This document shows positions 38,205-49,055 of a stretch of 64,000 nt of DNA, piece by piece. The notes beneath the pieces were generated by a model. The model was not told where the DNA came from. It saw only the letters and a list, made by a program, of their open reading frames with translations, and did not search any database. A program made the translations under genes and the position numbers. Position 1 is the stretch's first letter. Each line of letters starts with the position of its first letter. Origin of the DNA: a virus; the IMG/VR virus record IMGVR_UViG_3300045988_179062; one strand, 5' to 3'.

Positions 38205-40466
38205 TTACTCTTCTCCATCATCGTTTCCCTCCATGGCCTCGGCGATGAACTCGCAAAGGCGGGTATGGCGGGGAGCCATCTCGTTTGCCAAGCACACGCG
38301 CAGGGCGTCCTGCGAGCCGAACAGCGTCACTGCATCCTTCGCGCGGGTTACCGCCGTATACATCAGGTTACGTGTCGCGAAGTTCGCGGCCCACGACGCC
38401 GACAGACGGGGCGATACCGCGAGCAGGATGCGCTTGTACTCGCTGCCCTGACTCTTGTGGACCGTCAGCGCATAGCCAAGCTCGATGCTGGGGAAATCGC
38501 TTCGGGTCAAAACGATGTCCGCACCCTTGTCGAGCGTGATGACGACCGAATCACCGTAATACGACTCCAGCGTGCCCACATCGCCGTTGACCGCATCGGC
38601 ATCCGGCAGATTGTCGACGATGATGACGCGGTCGCCCACACGGATATCGGTCCCGTGGTACTTCAACCCCGGAATCACGGTGCCGTTGGGATTCACCTTG
38701 TCGCGCAGGCGGATATTCAGATTCACGATGGAGAACGGGTCCTTATCCGACTTGAACGCACCCAGCAGACACACGTCCGACGGCTCGAAGCCTTTCGCCA
38801 GAAGACCCGTGTACTCATGCACGATGTCCTCGAACGGGGATGCGCCCGTGCTCCACGAAAACGAATGGTCGTACGCCAAATCGTCCAGACGGTTCTCCAC
38901 GATGGCATCGCCGTTTTGCACCAAGGTCATGGCGCCCTTGCTGCGATAGCAAGTCGCCAGCTCCGTCACCGGGAACGCCCCGCAGTCCAGCAGGTCGCGG
39001 AGCACCTGTCCGTTGCCGATGGACGGCAACTGATTGGCATCCCCGATGATAACGACCTGAGCGCCCCTCAGGTAATCGACGAACTTGCCCATGGTCGCCG
39101 TGTCCACCATCGACATCTCGTCGATAATGACCAGACAGCCGTTCAGGGAATCAGGACTCACCGTCGGCGAATACAGAAGCGACGACATCGTGCGGCAGAC
39201 CACACGCTCATCATCGGTTCCCCTGACCATCTCGCCCAGACGGGCCGTTGCCTTACCCGTGTACGACGTCAGATAGATACGTCCGCCCATACGCTGAGAC
39301 CAGCAGGAACAGATACACGACGCCACCAGCGTCTTTCCTCGACCCGGTCCGCCCGTGATGATGGACACACGGTTCAACAGGGCATTCTCGACCGCCATCC
39401 ACTGATAGCCGTCTACCGCCGCGTCACCGTTGGAATCCACGATGCCCTTCATGCGATAGAATCGGTCGATATCCTTGGATGCCGTCTTGCCGTTGCCCGT
39501 GTAAATCGGAGGTAACTGAGATGCCTCGCGGACGTAATCGGCAATCTTGTGCTCCAAATCCGTCATGTGACGCAGGCAGAACAGCCAGTTCCCGTCTGCA
39601 TCCTGCTCACGCATGACCGTCTCCGTGTCAATCAGGTCGTTGACCCTCGTTGCCAGAAACGATGCCGACAGATACTTGGCCGCATCCGCCTTGCCGGACA
39701 TACCGCAGGCCATATCCAGCCAATGCGTGAACTCACCCATATCGGATGCGTTGAGATACGTATCGCCTTTCTCATTCAAGACCGTACGAAGCGCATACAG
39801 CAACAGCCCCGATGTACGCACCGGGTCATCCGACAAACGGTTGTTGCTGAAAAACACGCGGTCGGCATGGGTCACGGAAAAGCCCTTGACCCTGTACGCC
39901 ACCAGATACGGGTCCTTGTCCAACTTATCAAGGACGGTGGCTGCCGTCCCGTACTCGGCAATCAGCGTCTCCGTCAACGACAGAGGCAGAAACGGATACG
40001 TCGCCTTGACGGCGTTCGTATCCCGAACCTCACGGATACGGGAACGAAGCGCCTGAATCTCATCTGTGCTGAACAGCCCGCGCACACGCTTCATGCACGA
40101 ATCCGTGTTCGTTATCAGGTCATAGGCCGCGTTTCCGCCGAGAATGGCGTAAATCTTGTCCGACACATCCTCGCTCAGATAAAAATTGTGCATCATGTAG
40201 CGAACAACCGCCACATGGTCATGCGCCGGCACATAGCGCTCCATACGGTACATCGGCGTACCGTGCCAGTCTCCGCTGAACACGACCTGCCCGCGCACCA
40301 TATCGCCACGGGAGAGTGCCAACGGCTCATTGCCGACCAGAGCGACCGTGCGCCCGGACGACATATCGGTTGCATAGCAACCGAATCCATATCGTGCGTT
40401 CTTCCACACACCGCTGACGCAATACTTCGTCCAGCGTGCATTCGCACTCATCGATGTCTGTTTCAT
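38205..40466 (-). CDS. RecD2-like SF1B DNA helicase
   Basis: The Walker A is 'IITGGPGRGKT' and motif II is 'LVIIDEMSMVD'. 'VIIGDANQLPSIGNG' is present. C-terminal 'YALTVHKSQGSEYKRILL...YTAVTRAKDAVTLFG' is motif VI. The ~360-aa N-terminal region is typical of RecD2. Confidence 0.75.
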   Translation of the reverse strand: MKQTSMSANARWTKYCVSGVWKNARYGFGCYATDMSSGRTVALVGNEPLALSRGDMVRGQVVFSGDWHGTPMYRMERYVPAHDHVAVVRYMMHNFYLSEDVSDKIYAILGGNAAYDLITNTDSCMKRVRGLFSTDEIQALRSRIREVRDTNAVKATYPFLPLSLTETLIAEYGTAATVLDKLDKDPYLVAYRVKGFSVTHADRVFFSNNRLSDDPVRTSGLLLYALRTVLNEKGDTYLNASDMGEFTHWLDMACGMSGKADAAKYLSASFLATRVNDLIDTETVMREQDADGNWLFCLRHMTDLEHKIADYVREASQLPPIYTGNGKTASKDIDRFYRMKGIVDSNGDAAVDGYQWMAVENALLNRVSIITGGPGRGKTLVASCICSCWSQRMGGRIYLTSYTGKATARLGEMVRGTDDERVVCRTMSSLLYSPTVSPDSLNGCLVIIDEMSMVDTATMGKFVDYLRGAQVVIIGDANQLPSIGNGQVLRDLLDCGAFPVTELATCYRSKGAMTLVQNGDAIVENRLDDLAYDHSFSWSTGASPFEDIVHEYTGLLAKGFEPSDVCLLGAFKSDKDPFSIVNLNIRLRDKVNPNGTVIPGLKYHGTDIRVGDRVIIVDNLPDADAVNGDVGTLESYYGDSVVITLDKGADIVLTRSDFPSIELGYALTVHKSQGSEYKRILLAVSPRLSASWAANFATRNLMYTAVTRAKDAVTLFGSQDALRVCLANEMAPRHTRLCEFIAEAMEGNDDGEE

Positions 40467-40700
40467 ATCTGCAATCCCTCATATATCAAATGTTATGTTT
40501 CAACTCGTGATTCTATAAATAGTATACCATAAAAACGCTGATATATCAAGGGTTTTCGCTTCTATCCGACCATGTTTTACGGAACCAGACGGCTACGCCG
40601 CCGGTTGCCTAACGGCCAGAAAAAGCTGGAAAAATGCTCATTTACGTGCTATAATAAACACATATGACTGTCATTTCGACAGAGGAAAGGAGAGATTTTC

Positions 40701-41054
40701 ATGACACACACTATCAGACCTGCCGACATCGCCAATATGGTCGCCGTCGGCTCGCATATCCTGCCAGCCATGAAGGCAGAGCTTGAGCGTCAGGACATCC
40801 GGGTGCTGAAAGTCTTCACCACGTCCCGTCTGCTCCGGGAACGCATCGACGACATGGATGCGTTGACCACGGAATACGAGAACACCTTCCGTCACTGCAA
40901 GACGAATCCCGGCAACGTATGCGCTATCGTCGCCAAGGCGGAAGCGTCCGACATGCGCATGCTCGCCCGCGACCTGTGCAGCGCCATCCCCGAGACCAGA
41001 CAGCGTTCGGAAGAGGAGGATGCCGCGCTGATGCGTGAGGAGGGTATCCTATGA
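40701..41054 (+). CDS. hypothetical protein
   Basis: RBS GGAAAGGAG is upstream. Confidence 0.45.
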   Translation: MTHTIRPADIANMVAVGSHILPAMKAELERQDIRVLKVFTTSRLLRERIDDMDALTTEYENTFRHCKTNPGNVCAIVAKAEASDMRMLARDLCSAIPETRQRSEEEDAALMREEGIL

Positions 41055-42052
41055 CGAAGATACCCGAATATGTTCGCCAGCTGAGCCGTACCATCGCCGA
41101 GGACGTCGCCAACGGCACGTTCTGGGACAACATCACCGACGAACACACTCACGCCAATTCCCGCCATGTGGGCATGACGTCCAAGAGCATGCTGGAACGC
41201 ATGTTCAAGGACGGCAAGCCCCAAGTCAGCGCATTCAACCGTGACCGCGACATGCGCGAGTGCATCGTCGAATGCGTGCTGTCCGACCTGCCGGCCATTT
41301 GCAAGAAGAACAGACAGAAGGGCAGTCGCCCCTACTCCCACAGCGTCCAGCTCGCCGATGACATCTATCAGGCAGAAGGCGACGCCGTAGACTTCAAGAC
41401 CCGTCATCGCGGTATCATACGCGGTCGCGACGGAGGCATCCGCGAGATGACCTCGGATGTGACTACCATCATTCTTCGCCCTGATGACAAGAGCAAATAC
41501 GGATTCCGACTCATCACGGCATTCCCCGAAATGAGCGCCGAGAGCGCCCACGAGACCGGTCGCGACCTGACCGACATCTGCCGTCAGACGGAAGCCTACA
41601 AGACCGGCACAGAGACCTGTCGCGCCTACATGATGGCGGCGACCGATGAAATCCCGAAAGGTTTCTCCATCGCCTACCATCCCGCCGACCGAGGATTCCC
41701 CGACAGCCTGTCCGTGTCCTTCCCGTCCAACAACTCCGGCGCCGAGCACTGCGTCTACATCGACGAGATAAGCATGAACATGCGCACCTACACGTACACA
41801 TCGGACAACAAACGCGTGTCGGCGCCCTGCACCGTCGGAGAGAAGCCTTGCAGGCGCCTTGACCTCATCAATGAGGTCAACACGGCTATGTTCACAGAAC
41901 AATATCCCGACGCCGCCCGCTACATCGACAAGATTCTCGACCAAATCTCTGAAGAACGCATGAAGATACGCGCCGAACGTCCCCGCCGCATGCCGAACGT
42001 CAACATTCCATCCGGCCCTGACCTGCAAACAGACAAGGACTTCGGTGACTGA
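41051..42052 (+). CDS. hypothetical protein
   Basis: The ATGA overlap indicates translational coupling with the upstream gene. Confidence 0.5.
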   Translation: MTKIPEYVRQLSRTIAEDVANGTFWDNITDEHTHANSRHVGMTSKSMLERMFKDGKPQVSAFNRDRDMRECIVECVLSDLPAICKKNRQKGSRPYSHSVQLADDIYQAEGDAVDFKTRHRGIIRGRDGGIREMTSDVTTIILRPDDKSKYGFRLITAFPEMSAESAHETGRDLTDICRQTEAYKTGTETCRAYMMAATDEIPKGFSIAYHPADRGFPDSLSVSFPSNNSGAEHCVYIDEISMNMRTYTYTSDNKRVSAPCTVGEKPCRRLDLINEVNTAMFTEQYPDAARYIDKILDQISEERMKIRAERPRRMPNVNIPSGPDLQTDKDFGD

Positions 42053-42192
42053 AAGGGATTGATAAACAAGCGCAAATATGCTATAATATATGGAGCCGGC
42101 ATGAGAAGTGCGGAGTCTTACTCCTTTCTTCTCCGCCATACCGCCGGATATTGCGCAAACGTTCCCGACACTACCACAGGCGCAATAGAAAA

Positions 42193-42235
42193 CCCCCGTT
42201 CGAACCTCTACTCGAACGGGGGTCTTTCTTTTTAT
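42193..42235. terminator. bidirectional Rho-independent terminator
   Basis: The stem is CCCCCGTTCGA / TCGAACGGGGG, with T-runs on both strands. Confidence 0.7.
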
Positions 42236-42546
42236 TCAGCCGGCTCATCGTCAAAACGAACAGGCGTCTCGGTCACAGGGGGCGTCGCCTCCGTGCTCGA
42301 TGCGACATCAGGCGCCACGGTCTGCGCACTCGCAGGATGTGCCTTGTCGTACAGCTCGCGAAGCTCACGGCAGAACGCCTTGGTATCCTTCTGACCGTTC
42401 AAGCCTGCCAGCTCAACGGAAAACACCGCATACATCGCACGACCCACAGGCTCGTACTTACGGCGCTCAGCCGCCGCCTTTTGCTGCTTGATGCGCTTGA
42501 CCTTCGCCTCGGCATCCGCCAGTTCCTTTTCGTAATTTCGTGCCAT
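42232..42546 (-). CDS. hypothetical Lys/Glu-rich protein
   Basis: The composition is coding-like. Confidence 0.4.
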   Translation of the reverse strand: MARNYEKELADAEAKVKRIKQQKAAAERRKYEPVGRAMYAVFSVELAGLNGQKDTKAFCRELRELYDKAHPASAQTVAPDVASSTEATPPVTETPVRFDDEPAE

Positions 42547-42651
42547 CTATCTATCACTCCTTTCCGGCAATCGTCTCATGATATGCAAAAAGGAGACGCT
42601 TCCGTGCAGAAACGCCTCCCTCTCACATCAGATGCATCAGAACGCGTTCGC

Positions 42652-42945
42652 TTACTCGTTCACAGCGCTCTTCAGGGCTGAACCGGGAACAAACTTGACT
42701 GCCCTCTTAGCGGCAATCTCCATCGGCTCATGGGTAGCGGGGTTCACACCGGTACGAGCCGCACGGTCAACGACCTTGAACGAGCCAAAACCGATAATCT
42801 GAACGCCCTCTCCGCTGGCGATGGCCTTGGTCAGGTTGTCAATGACAGAATCAACGATACGTCCCGCCTGTGCGTGACTGTCAATCGGATGACTCTGCTC
42901 AGCCATGTCCTTCTCAACAGCCTCAATCAATGTTGCCTTGTTCAT
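42652..42945 (-). CDS. hup: HU/IHF-family nucleoid-associated DNA-binding protein
   Basis: The family signature is 'MNKATLIEAV...GFGSFKVVDRAARTGVNPATHEPMEIAAKRAVKFVPGSALK'. Confidence 0.8.
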   Translation of the reverse strand: MNKATLIEAVEKDMAEQSHPIDSHAQAGRIVDSVIDNLTKAIASGEGVQIIGFGSFKVVDRAARTGVNPATHEPMEIAAKRAVKFVPGSALKSAVNE

Positions 42946-43081
42946 AATACAATACGCTCCTTTCGCAATTTGCCTTATCCCAACCGATACTCCATCGGTC
43001 GTCTAACCCGATTATATCACGCTTCTCCGTAAATTACAAGCATTTCTGCTCATTTATGCGTCGAAATATTATTTCCGCAGG

Positions 43082-43474
43082 TCACGGCATGATTTCAAAC
43101 AGCCGAAGCACGGTCATCCGCTTGTCCATCGGCACCTCGCGCTCCGACTTGATGATAACAGAGCCGACGCCGTCCGCAACAAAACGGATGAAGTGCTCCT
43201 GTACCAAGACATCACGCGTCTTGCGGTACGGGACGAACATCTCGCCCGCCTTGGTATGAACGACCAACCCGTCATCGCAGAACGCCACATAGCCGTCGTA
43301 GCGGGGCTTGTGCCCAATCTGCACCCGGCCGGCCATACGGTAGCGCTCTTCCCCGGTCATCGCACGCAGCATCGCCTTGTCGGAATGCCGGCGCACCAAG
43401 AAGATGACGGTCAGCAAGATGATGCACAGGACGGCGCCAATGCCGAGAACGATACCTATCTCCTCTACGCTCAT
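43082..43474 (-). CDS. hypothetical membrane protein
   Basis: An N-terminal TM helix is predicted. Confidence 0.4.
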   Translation of the reverse strand: MSVEEIGIVLGIGAVLCIILLTVIFLVRRHSDKAMLRAMTGEERYRMAGRVQIGHKPRYDGYVAFCDDGLVVHTKAGEMFVPYRKTRDVLVQEHFIRFVADGVGSVIIKSEREVPMDKRMTVLRLFEIMP

Positions 43475-44046
43475 GCCACCTCACCCCGTGCCACATGCTC
43501 AGCAAGAATCTTCTCGGCGGCCATCAGCTTGATATCGCTGTTGCACGTCACACGGCAACGGTCGTCCTCGGCGAACCACAGCTCGATGACATGCTTGTTC
43601 GGAACCGTATACTGGAACAGCGCCACCCAAGGACAGGTCTCCTGTGCCTCATCGCCGTCGATGATGAAGCCCTGCTCGCATAGCATGACGTTCCCGAAGT
43701 CATGCAGACCGTCCGACCACTTCAGCGACACGTCCTTGACCTCTACACGGACATTGCCCACCGAACGCACGCGCTTACGCTTATTCGCCTTACGGTCCAT
43801 ACGGACCAGTTCGAACACCACGAACACCAGCACGAGCACGGCGCTGAGGATGATGATACCCTCGACCAGATGCTCAAACAGGATACAGGCGATACCCATA
43901 AGCGTCGCGGCAACCGCAAGGACAGCCACCAAGACATACATCAATATCTGCGACGCACGCAACGGCTCCTTGCGCTTCGGTTTTCTCTGATTCTGTTTCT
44001 TATGTTTACTCACTTTCTTCAGCACGCTCCTTTCCACGGGCGGCAA
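43471..44046 (-). CDS. hypothetical membrane protein
   Basis: Two TM helices are predicted. It overlaps the downstream gene start by 4 nt (coupled). Confidence 0.45.
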   Translation of the reverse strand: MPPVERSVLKKVSKHKKQNQRKPKRKEPLRASQILMYVLVAVLAVAATLMGIACILFEHLVEGIIILSAVLVLVFVVFELVRMDRKANKRKRVRSVGNVRVEVKDVSLKWSDGLHDFGNVMLCEQGFIIDGDEAQETCPWVALFQYTVPNKHVIELWFAEDDRCRVTCNSDIKLMAAEKILAEHVARGEVA

Positions 44047-44102
44047 AGCCGACCGATATCATGCTCTTATGCTTCATTCTAACACAAATCTGCTCATAAA
44101 TC

Positions 44103-44132
44103 AATAGAAAACGCCCACCAAAATCGGTGGGC
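44103..44132 (-). terminator. Rho-independent terminator (minus strand)
   Basis: The stem is CGCCCACC / GGTGGGCG, followed on the minus strand by TTTTCTATT. Confidence 0.6.
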
Positions 44133-44161
44133 GCTCGCATAAAGCCGCATATAACGGCGCA

Positions 44162-44476
44162 CTACGTCGGAATAACAATCTGTCCGTCTGCATCTTCCTG
44201 ACGAAAGCGCTTGTTCAACACATCAGAAGCGGAGAACTTGAAAATCACGTAGTCCTCCACGTTCGAACGCCCCTCAAACTGTACGGGGTGTCCCTTGTGC
44301 CTCTGCAGATAGAACGAACCGAAACCTGTCAGCGACAGTGTCCGTCCGCTCGCAACAACATCATGAATACCATTCACAATCGCATTGTAAGCATCCGTAA
44401 TATCCTCAAGGGACATGTCGTTATTGCGAGCAACGTCTGCGAGAAACTGGTTCTTGCTTATCTTGTTCTTCGTCAC
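44162..44476 (-). CDS. second, divergent HU/IHF-like DNA-binding protein
   Basis: 'LSLTGFGSFYLQRHKGHPVQFEGRSNVEDYVIFKFSAS' shows the HU beta-arm architecture. Confidence 0.65.
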   Translation of the reverse strand: MTKNKISKNQFLADVARNNDMSLEDITDAYNAIVNGIHDVVASGRTLSLTGFGSFYLQRHKGHPVQFEGRSNVEDYVIFKFSASDVLNKRFRQEDADGQIVIPT

Positions 44477-44703
44477 GTCACATCCTCTTTTCTATACAAT
44501 CGCATGTTCAACATTTTCACGGGATAATGCAAACCGCGCCAGCCGTATCCCGAAACGGCCCGCGCACAGTCGAGTTCGATTACCACCTTGCCAATAGTAT
44601 ACCTCAAAAACGCCCATAAATCAAGCAAAACAAAAGAAAAAAGAGCCGAAACGAAACGCACGTTCGTTCGGCTCTTCATCGTTGCTTATAACAAAGCTAT
44701 AGC

Positions 44704-44916
44704 TTACGGCTCGTAGAATTTGTCAGACGCGGCCTTGCCCGCCTCAATCTCCAACTTCAGACGCTCAATACGCTGCTCGCGCTCACGCTGTTCAGCGGCT
44801 GCCTCAGCAGAAGCACGCTCAGCGGGCGTCGCCTTCTCACTGCGAATACGTGCCATGCGCTGCGAAAACGTCTCAGGACGCAGACGGCGAGCCGTCTTAT
44901 CGGAAATCTCTGCCAT
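44704..44916 (-). CDS. hypothetical small protein (Glu/Arg/Ala-rich)
   Basis: RBS AAAGGGGTG is present. It is the last gene of the minus-strand operon. Confidence 0.35.
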   Translation of the reverse strand: MAEISDKTARRLRPETFSQRMARIRSEKATPAERASAEAAAEQREREQRIERLKLEIEAGKAASDKFYEP

Positions 44917-44933
44917 AACGGTACACCCCTTTC

Positions 44934-45305
44934 TTACTCGAACTCCATACCCGACTGAGGACCAGACGGACTTGCCACACGAGTGCTCAACTCAGTCGTA
45001 CGATACTTCAAATCGGGACGACGGCTGGAATGCCCACTGCTGGGACCGGAACGGGCATGTGCCTCCTCACGCGCCACCTGCTCCTCCAATCGTCCAACAT
45101 TCGCATCGTCACGCATCTGACGGTCGTTTGCACGGTCGTTGTACTGCATGCGAATCGCAAACTCGGATGCCATCAACAGCTGATTGGAAATATCCAACAT
45201 GCCGTCGATGACACGCGTCGAAACACGGTTCTCCTTGGCTTCCTTCTTCTCGCGGGCAACGACCTCGGGATTGCGATAACTATCAATCTCATCAATGAAA
45301 CTCAT
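44934..45305 (-). CDS. hypothetical protein
   Basis: RBS AAAGGAGG is present. Confidence 0.4.
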   Translation of the reverse strand: MSFIDEIDSYRNPEVVAREKKEAKENRVSTRVIDGMLDISNQLLMASEFAIRMQYNDRANDRQMRDDANVGRLEEQVAREEAHARSGPSSGHSSRRPDLKYRTTELSTRVASPSGPQSGMEFE

Positions 45306-45319
45306 AGCGATTACCTCCT

Positions 45320-45856
45320 TTACATGTACTTCTCAAGGGTCGACATGCCGGGATAAATATCCTCGTCATCCTTCCCCTCGTCGTAAACGGCTTCCTTCAG
45401 CTCCTTCGGAAGACGGCGACTGACATATCGGTCGTCCGCCTTGGTCTCCGTGCGAGACGCTATCGCCCCAGCGTGACCCAAAACTCTCTCGGCTGCAATG
45501 CCCTTGCGAACCTCATGCGAGACAACACGCTCGCCCGTCGACAGAACACCATACCCGTCGTCCTCGAACCGCTCGCGTATTTCCTCTGCATGCCTGCCGA
45601 CCATTTCGTCGTGCGCTTCCGAGCGCTTGTCCGTCGGCGTGAACGCTTCCGTCTTGCGAAGACCCGCATCAGCGAGCTTATGACGCTCCTGCTCAAACTC
45701 ATCCATCCCCTTCAAATCAGCCACACGCTCGCGGTACTCGGTAGAACCGAGTGCCAGCGAAGCGCCGTCGGAACGAGACGAGTTCTCACGGTCGCTCGAC
45801 GTATTATTCTGCCACGGTGCATGCGGAAGTCGACGTCGCTTATTATCTGCCATCAC
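45320..45856 (-). CDS. hypothetical protein
   Basis: RBS AAAGGAGG is present. Confidence 0.45.
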   Translation of the reverse strand: MMADNKRRRLPHAPWQNNTSSDRENSSRSDGASLALGSTEYRERVADLKGMDEFEQERHKLADAGLRKTEAFTPTDKRSEAHDEMVGRHAEEIRERFEDDGYGVLSTGERVVSHEVRKGIAAERVLGHAGAIASRTETKADDRYVSRRLPKELKEAVYDEGKDDEDIYPGMSTLEKYM

Positions 45857-45867
45857 AATCGCCTCCT

Positions 45868-47841
45868 TTAATCATACTGCGGACCGCCATCGTATCCGTC
45901 ATTACCCAAATCACCGAACTTGGCTTCTGCCTGACGTGCACGCTGAGCGGCCTTCTCTGCACGAGACGACTGCGCCGTACGCCCTGCCTGCTGCTGATAG
46001 CAACCCTTGGCGTACGACGTATCCACATCAGACAAATCCAGACAGCCAATCTGCTTATCGGCCCACGAACGGGCCTCATACAGACCATCAACGTTCTCAG
46101 GCACAGACTTGCCATCGACCTCGTACCAAATCTTGGCGCCTTCGTCCTCCGAATAACGAAGCATCTCCATCGCCTCGTCCTTGGACGCGCCCATGGCCAT
46201 CATGTTCGTCACACTGGATGCATACGTACGCATCACGCCGAACGCCGTGTTCGCCATGTCGTTGTAACGCCGCTCGTTCTCCGGCGAGGATGCGATGAAC
46301 TCCTTGACCGCCTTGCGGTTCTCCGGGTTCGTCATATCCATGTCGATACCCGCATCCACACAAGCCGACGCCGTCGCATACCAGCTGCTCAAATTAGCGG
46401 CATGCTTGCCGAACGCCTCGGACGACGGGTCGACACCGGCGGTGCGCTCCGCGAACGCCACGGCCAGAGACGAAATGTCAGCCGCATGCTGACCATCCAC
46501 CGAATCAAACGGCGTTGCCGTATCGCTGTACGAATCCGCGTACAGGAGCACGGATGCCTGCTTTGCGATGGCACCGTTCAGACCCATCGTAGCGGCGCGA
46601 CGCTCACGGGCCGAAACGCCCTCGGCGCCCGACGTGTTCTTCCAGTCAGCCATCGCCATATCGCGATACGCAGACATGTCGGCGCACGCCTTGTCGAACG
46701 CCATCTGGTCGTCCGGATTCTTCGACGCGCAGGTTGCCGTCTTATCGCCCGTCACACGACGCACCACATTGCTGATATCCTCACGTGCCGTATGAAGCTC
46801 ATCCGGGTTCGTCAGGTCGTAGGCGTTATCGTGCTCATCCATGACCTGCATGACGTTCTTGGCATACTCCATGTCCGTCATCGGCTCACGCACGGTAAAC
46901 GTCGCCTCGGAATCGACAGGAACCGTCGCCCCGTTCGCATCGCATGTCGCATACTCGCCACGCCACACGCGCATGGTCTCCATATGCGGAATGTTGTTCT
47001 CATCATAGACGGGAACACGCTCTTCCGTCGGCTCACCCTGCACCCACGTGCCGTAACCCATCTCACGGAACATATCCTTATAGGACGGGTCACGCTCCAC
47101 GGCCTTGCCGATGATGATGCGCTGGGAACGGGCCATGTCTTCACGACTCACGCCGTCCGCCTGCATCAGGGAATCAAGGGTCGAACGCGCCTCGTTGTAA
47201 CGGTCCATGACCTCCGCCGGGTCATGCTTGCCATCACGCATCTGCGCATAGGCTTCCTTCGCCATGCGAATGTCGGCTACCGCAGCGGTCTCCGGCGTAA
47301 ACGGCATACAACCCTGATTCGCGGCGGCGAGATACTTATCTCGCTTCTCCATCAACGTCTTGGTCAAGAAATTACGACCCAAGAACTTCTTATCGGGATG
47401 GTCCGCCATGAAATTCAACGCAGCGCCAATGCCCTGTGCCTTCGTATTGGTGACCATGTCACGAAACGCGGGATTCAACGCGGCCATGCCGGCATACATG
47501 CCAACTGCGGAAAGCACCTTTCCTATGGAAAGACCGCCGCGAAGCTGCTGTACGCAGGCGTAAAGCATACGACGCTGCATAATCTCGCCCATCATGCGCT
47601 GATGGTTCGTACGCTCACCCTTGTCCTGAATGTCAATCCATGCCTGACCCTTGTTCGTGAACGACACCATGTCGAACTGGATGTCATCCACATCCGACAT
47701 CAGCTTCTTCATCTGCTCGTCGCTGCGCTCGTCATTCAGATACAGACTGTCCTGACGACGACGCTCACGATTGGCTCGGGTCGCACGCTCCTTGTCAAGG
47801 CGCTTCTCCAGCTTCTTACGCTGCTTGCTTGCCATATTCAT
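45868..47841 (-). CDS. hypothetical 657-aa protein (operon with the RNAP-like gene)
   Basis: RBS GAAAGGAG is present. The composition is coding-like and no motif is recognised. Confidence 0.55.
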   Translation of the reverse strand: MNMASKQRKKLEKRLDKERATRANRERRRQDSLYLNDERSDEQMKKLMSDVDDIQFDMVSFTNKGQAWIDIQDKGERTNHQRMMGEIMQRRMLYACVQQLRGGLSIGKVLSAVGMYAGMAALNPAFRDMVTNTKAQGIGAALNFMADHPDKKFLGRNFLTKTLMEKRDKYLAAANQGCMPFTPETAAVADIRMAKEAYAQMRDGKHDPAEVMDRYNEARSTLDSLMQADGVSREDMARSQRIIIGKAVERDPSYKDMFREMGYGTWVQGEPTEERVPVYDENNIPHMETMRVWRGEYATCDANGATVPVDSEATFTVREPMTDMEYAKNVMQVMDEHDNAYDLTNPDELHTAREDISNVVRRVTGDKTATCASKNPDDQMAFDKACADMSAYRDMAMADWKNTSGAEGVSARERRAATMGLNGAIAKQASVLLYADSYSDTATPFDSVDGQHAADISSLAVAFAERTAGVDPSSEAFGKHAANLSSWYATASACVDAGIDMDMTNPENRKAVKEFIASSPENERRYNDMANTAFGVMRTYASSVTNMMAMGASKDEAMEMLRYSEDEGAKIWYEVDGKSVPENVDGLYEARSWADKQIGCLDLSDVDTSYAKGCYQQQAGRTAQSSRAEKAAQRARQAEAKFGDLGNDGYDGGPQYD

Positions 47842-47852
47842 TCACTCCTTTC

Positions 47853-49055
47853 TTAATCATTGTCCCCGTAATCGCCAACCGGCTTCTGCACGGACTGCGC
47901 GCCCGCCTGCTTAGCGACATCGCCAAACTTCTGCTGCGCCTGCTTGACGCGACCGGACAAGTCCTTGGTCGCCGTCTTCGCCTGAGAAGCCTGCTTCTGC
48001 ACCACATAAGGGTTCGGAGAAGCAATGCCACGGCTGAAGTCGATGCCCGACTTCGCCGTACCGACACGCTCAACCTGCTGCTTGGCATAGCCCTGCAACT
48101 TCTGCTGGTAGAACTTATCGTAACCAGCGCCAAGCTCGTTGTACGTCGCTCGACTCACGCGCAGGTCCTTCGGACGGCACTGGCCGACGGTTTCGGCAGG
48201 AAGGCCCTCGAAATCGCGATTATCGTACGCATACACCGTCTCGTAGAACTGACGCATATCGTCCGTGTAGGTGCGGCCCACGTTCTCGCCGAACTCATCG
48301 GCTTCCGCATGCAAATCCTCAGCGGACTTGCCGAACTTGTGGTCACGCGCCTCGTACCATGGAATATCCGGCTCATCGCCCTGAATCCCGTCTGCCTCGC
48401 GCTTGCGGTCGATGTCGTCCGCCTCGGCGTGCATCATGTCTTCCTGCATGGCGCCCTCATAGGCTTCCTGCTCGATGGCATCGCGGACTGCGATAATCTT
48501 CTCGTTCAGCATCTTGCCGTCTTCCGGCGTCCATGCCTGACCGTGGTCCATGCGGAAGTCCAGCATCTTGTTGAACGGCACGTCCTCGATACGGTCCGGG
48601 AACGTCGTCGGCGCCAGCTCGCTTGCGAGGGAACGGTCGCCGCGCGTATAAGGCTCCCCTTGATAATAGGCCGCCTCGCGGGCACGCTCATCGGCCCACA
48701 CGCGCATATCACTGCCCTCGCTCGGCACGAAACCGTAGGACTTCGCGAAACGGGTCAGGCTCTCACCCCAGCGCTCGGCGGACACGCTCGGATACTCCTC
48801 GTTCAGCGTATGGATTTCATCCATCGCGTCGGCGATTTCCGTCCAATCCTCGGCCGTCAACGGATGCTCATGAGCCTCAGGGATTACGTGGGACACCACG
48901 TAATCGACGTGCATGCCCAAATCGTCCTCTTCGGTGGGAAATCCGTCATTCTGCAGCCGGCTCGCCTCTTCCATCGCCTCGTCGTACTCCTCGGGCGTGA
49001 TGCCAAAGCGATTGAACATATCCATATCAGCGCCATCATGCTCATACGCTGCCAT
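47853..49055 (-). CDS. hypothetical highly acidic 400-aa protein
   Basis: RBS AAAGGAG is present. The protein is very Asp/Glu-rich. Confidence 0.55.
   Translation of the reverse strand: MAAYEHDGADMDMFNRFGITPEEYDEAMEEASRLQNDGFPTEEDDLGMHVDYVVSHVIPEAHEHPLTAEDWTEIADAMDEIHTLNEEYPSVSAERWGESLTRFAKSYGFVPSEGSDMRVWADERAREAAYYQGEPYTRGDRSLASELAPTTFPDRIEDVPFNKMLDFRMDHGQAWTPEDGKMLNEKIIAVRDAIEQEAYEGAMQEDMMHAEADDIDRKREADGIQGDEPDIPWYEARDHKFGKSAEDLHAEADEFGENVGRTYTDDMRQFYETVYAYDNRDFEGLPAETVGQCRPKDLRVSRATYNELGAGYDKFYQQKLQGYAKQQVERVGTAKSGIDFSRGIASPNPYVVQKQASQAKTATKDLSGRVKQAQQKFGDVAKQAGAQSVQKPVGDYGDND

Noticed and set aside
38205-40466. MobF/TraI-type relaxase-helicase as partner of the T4CP.
   Set aside because: The N-terminal 360 aa lack the HUH histidine triad and the catalytic Tyr motifs of relaxases. 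The architecture matches RecD2 (an N-terminal domain plus the SF1B core).
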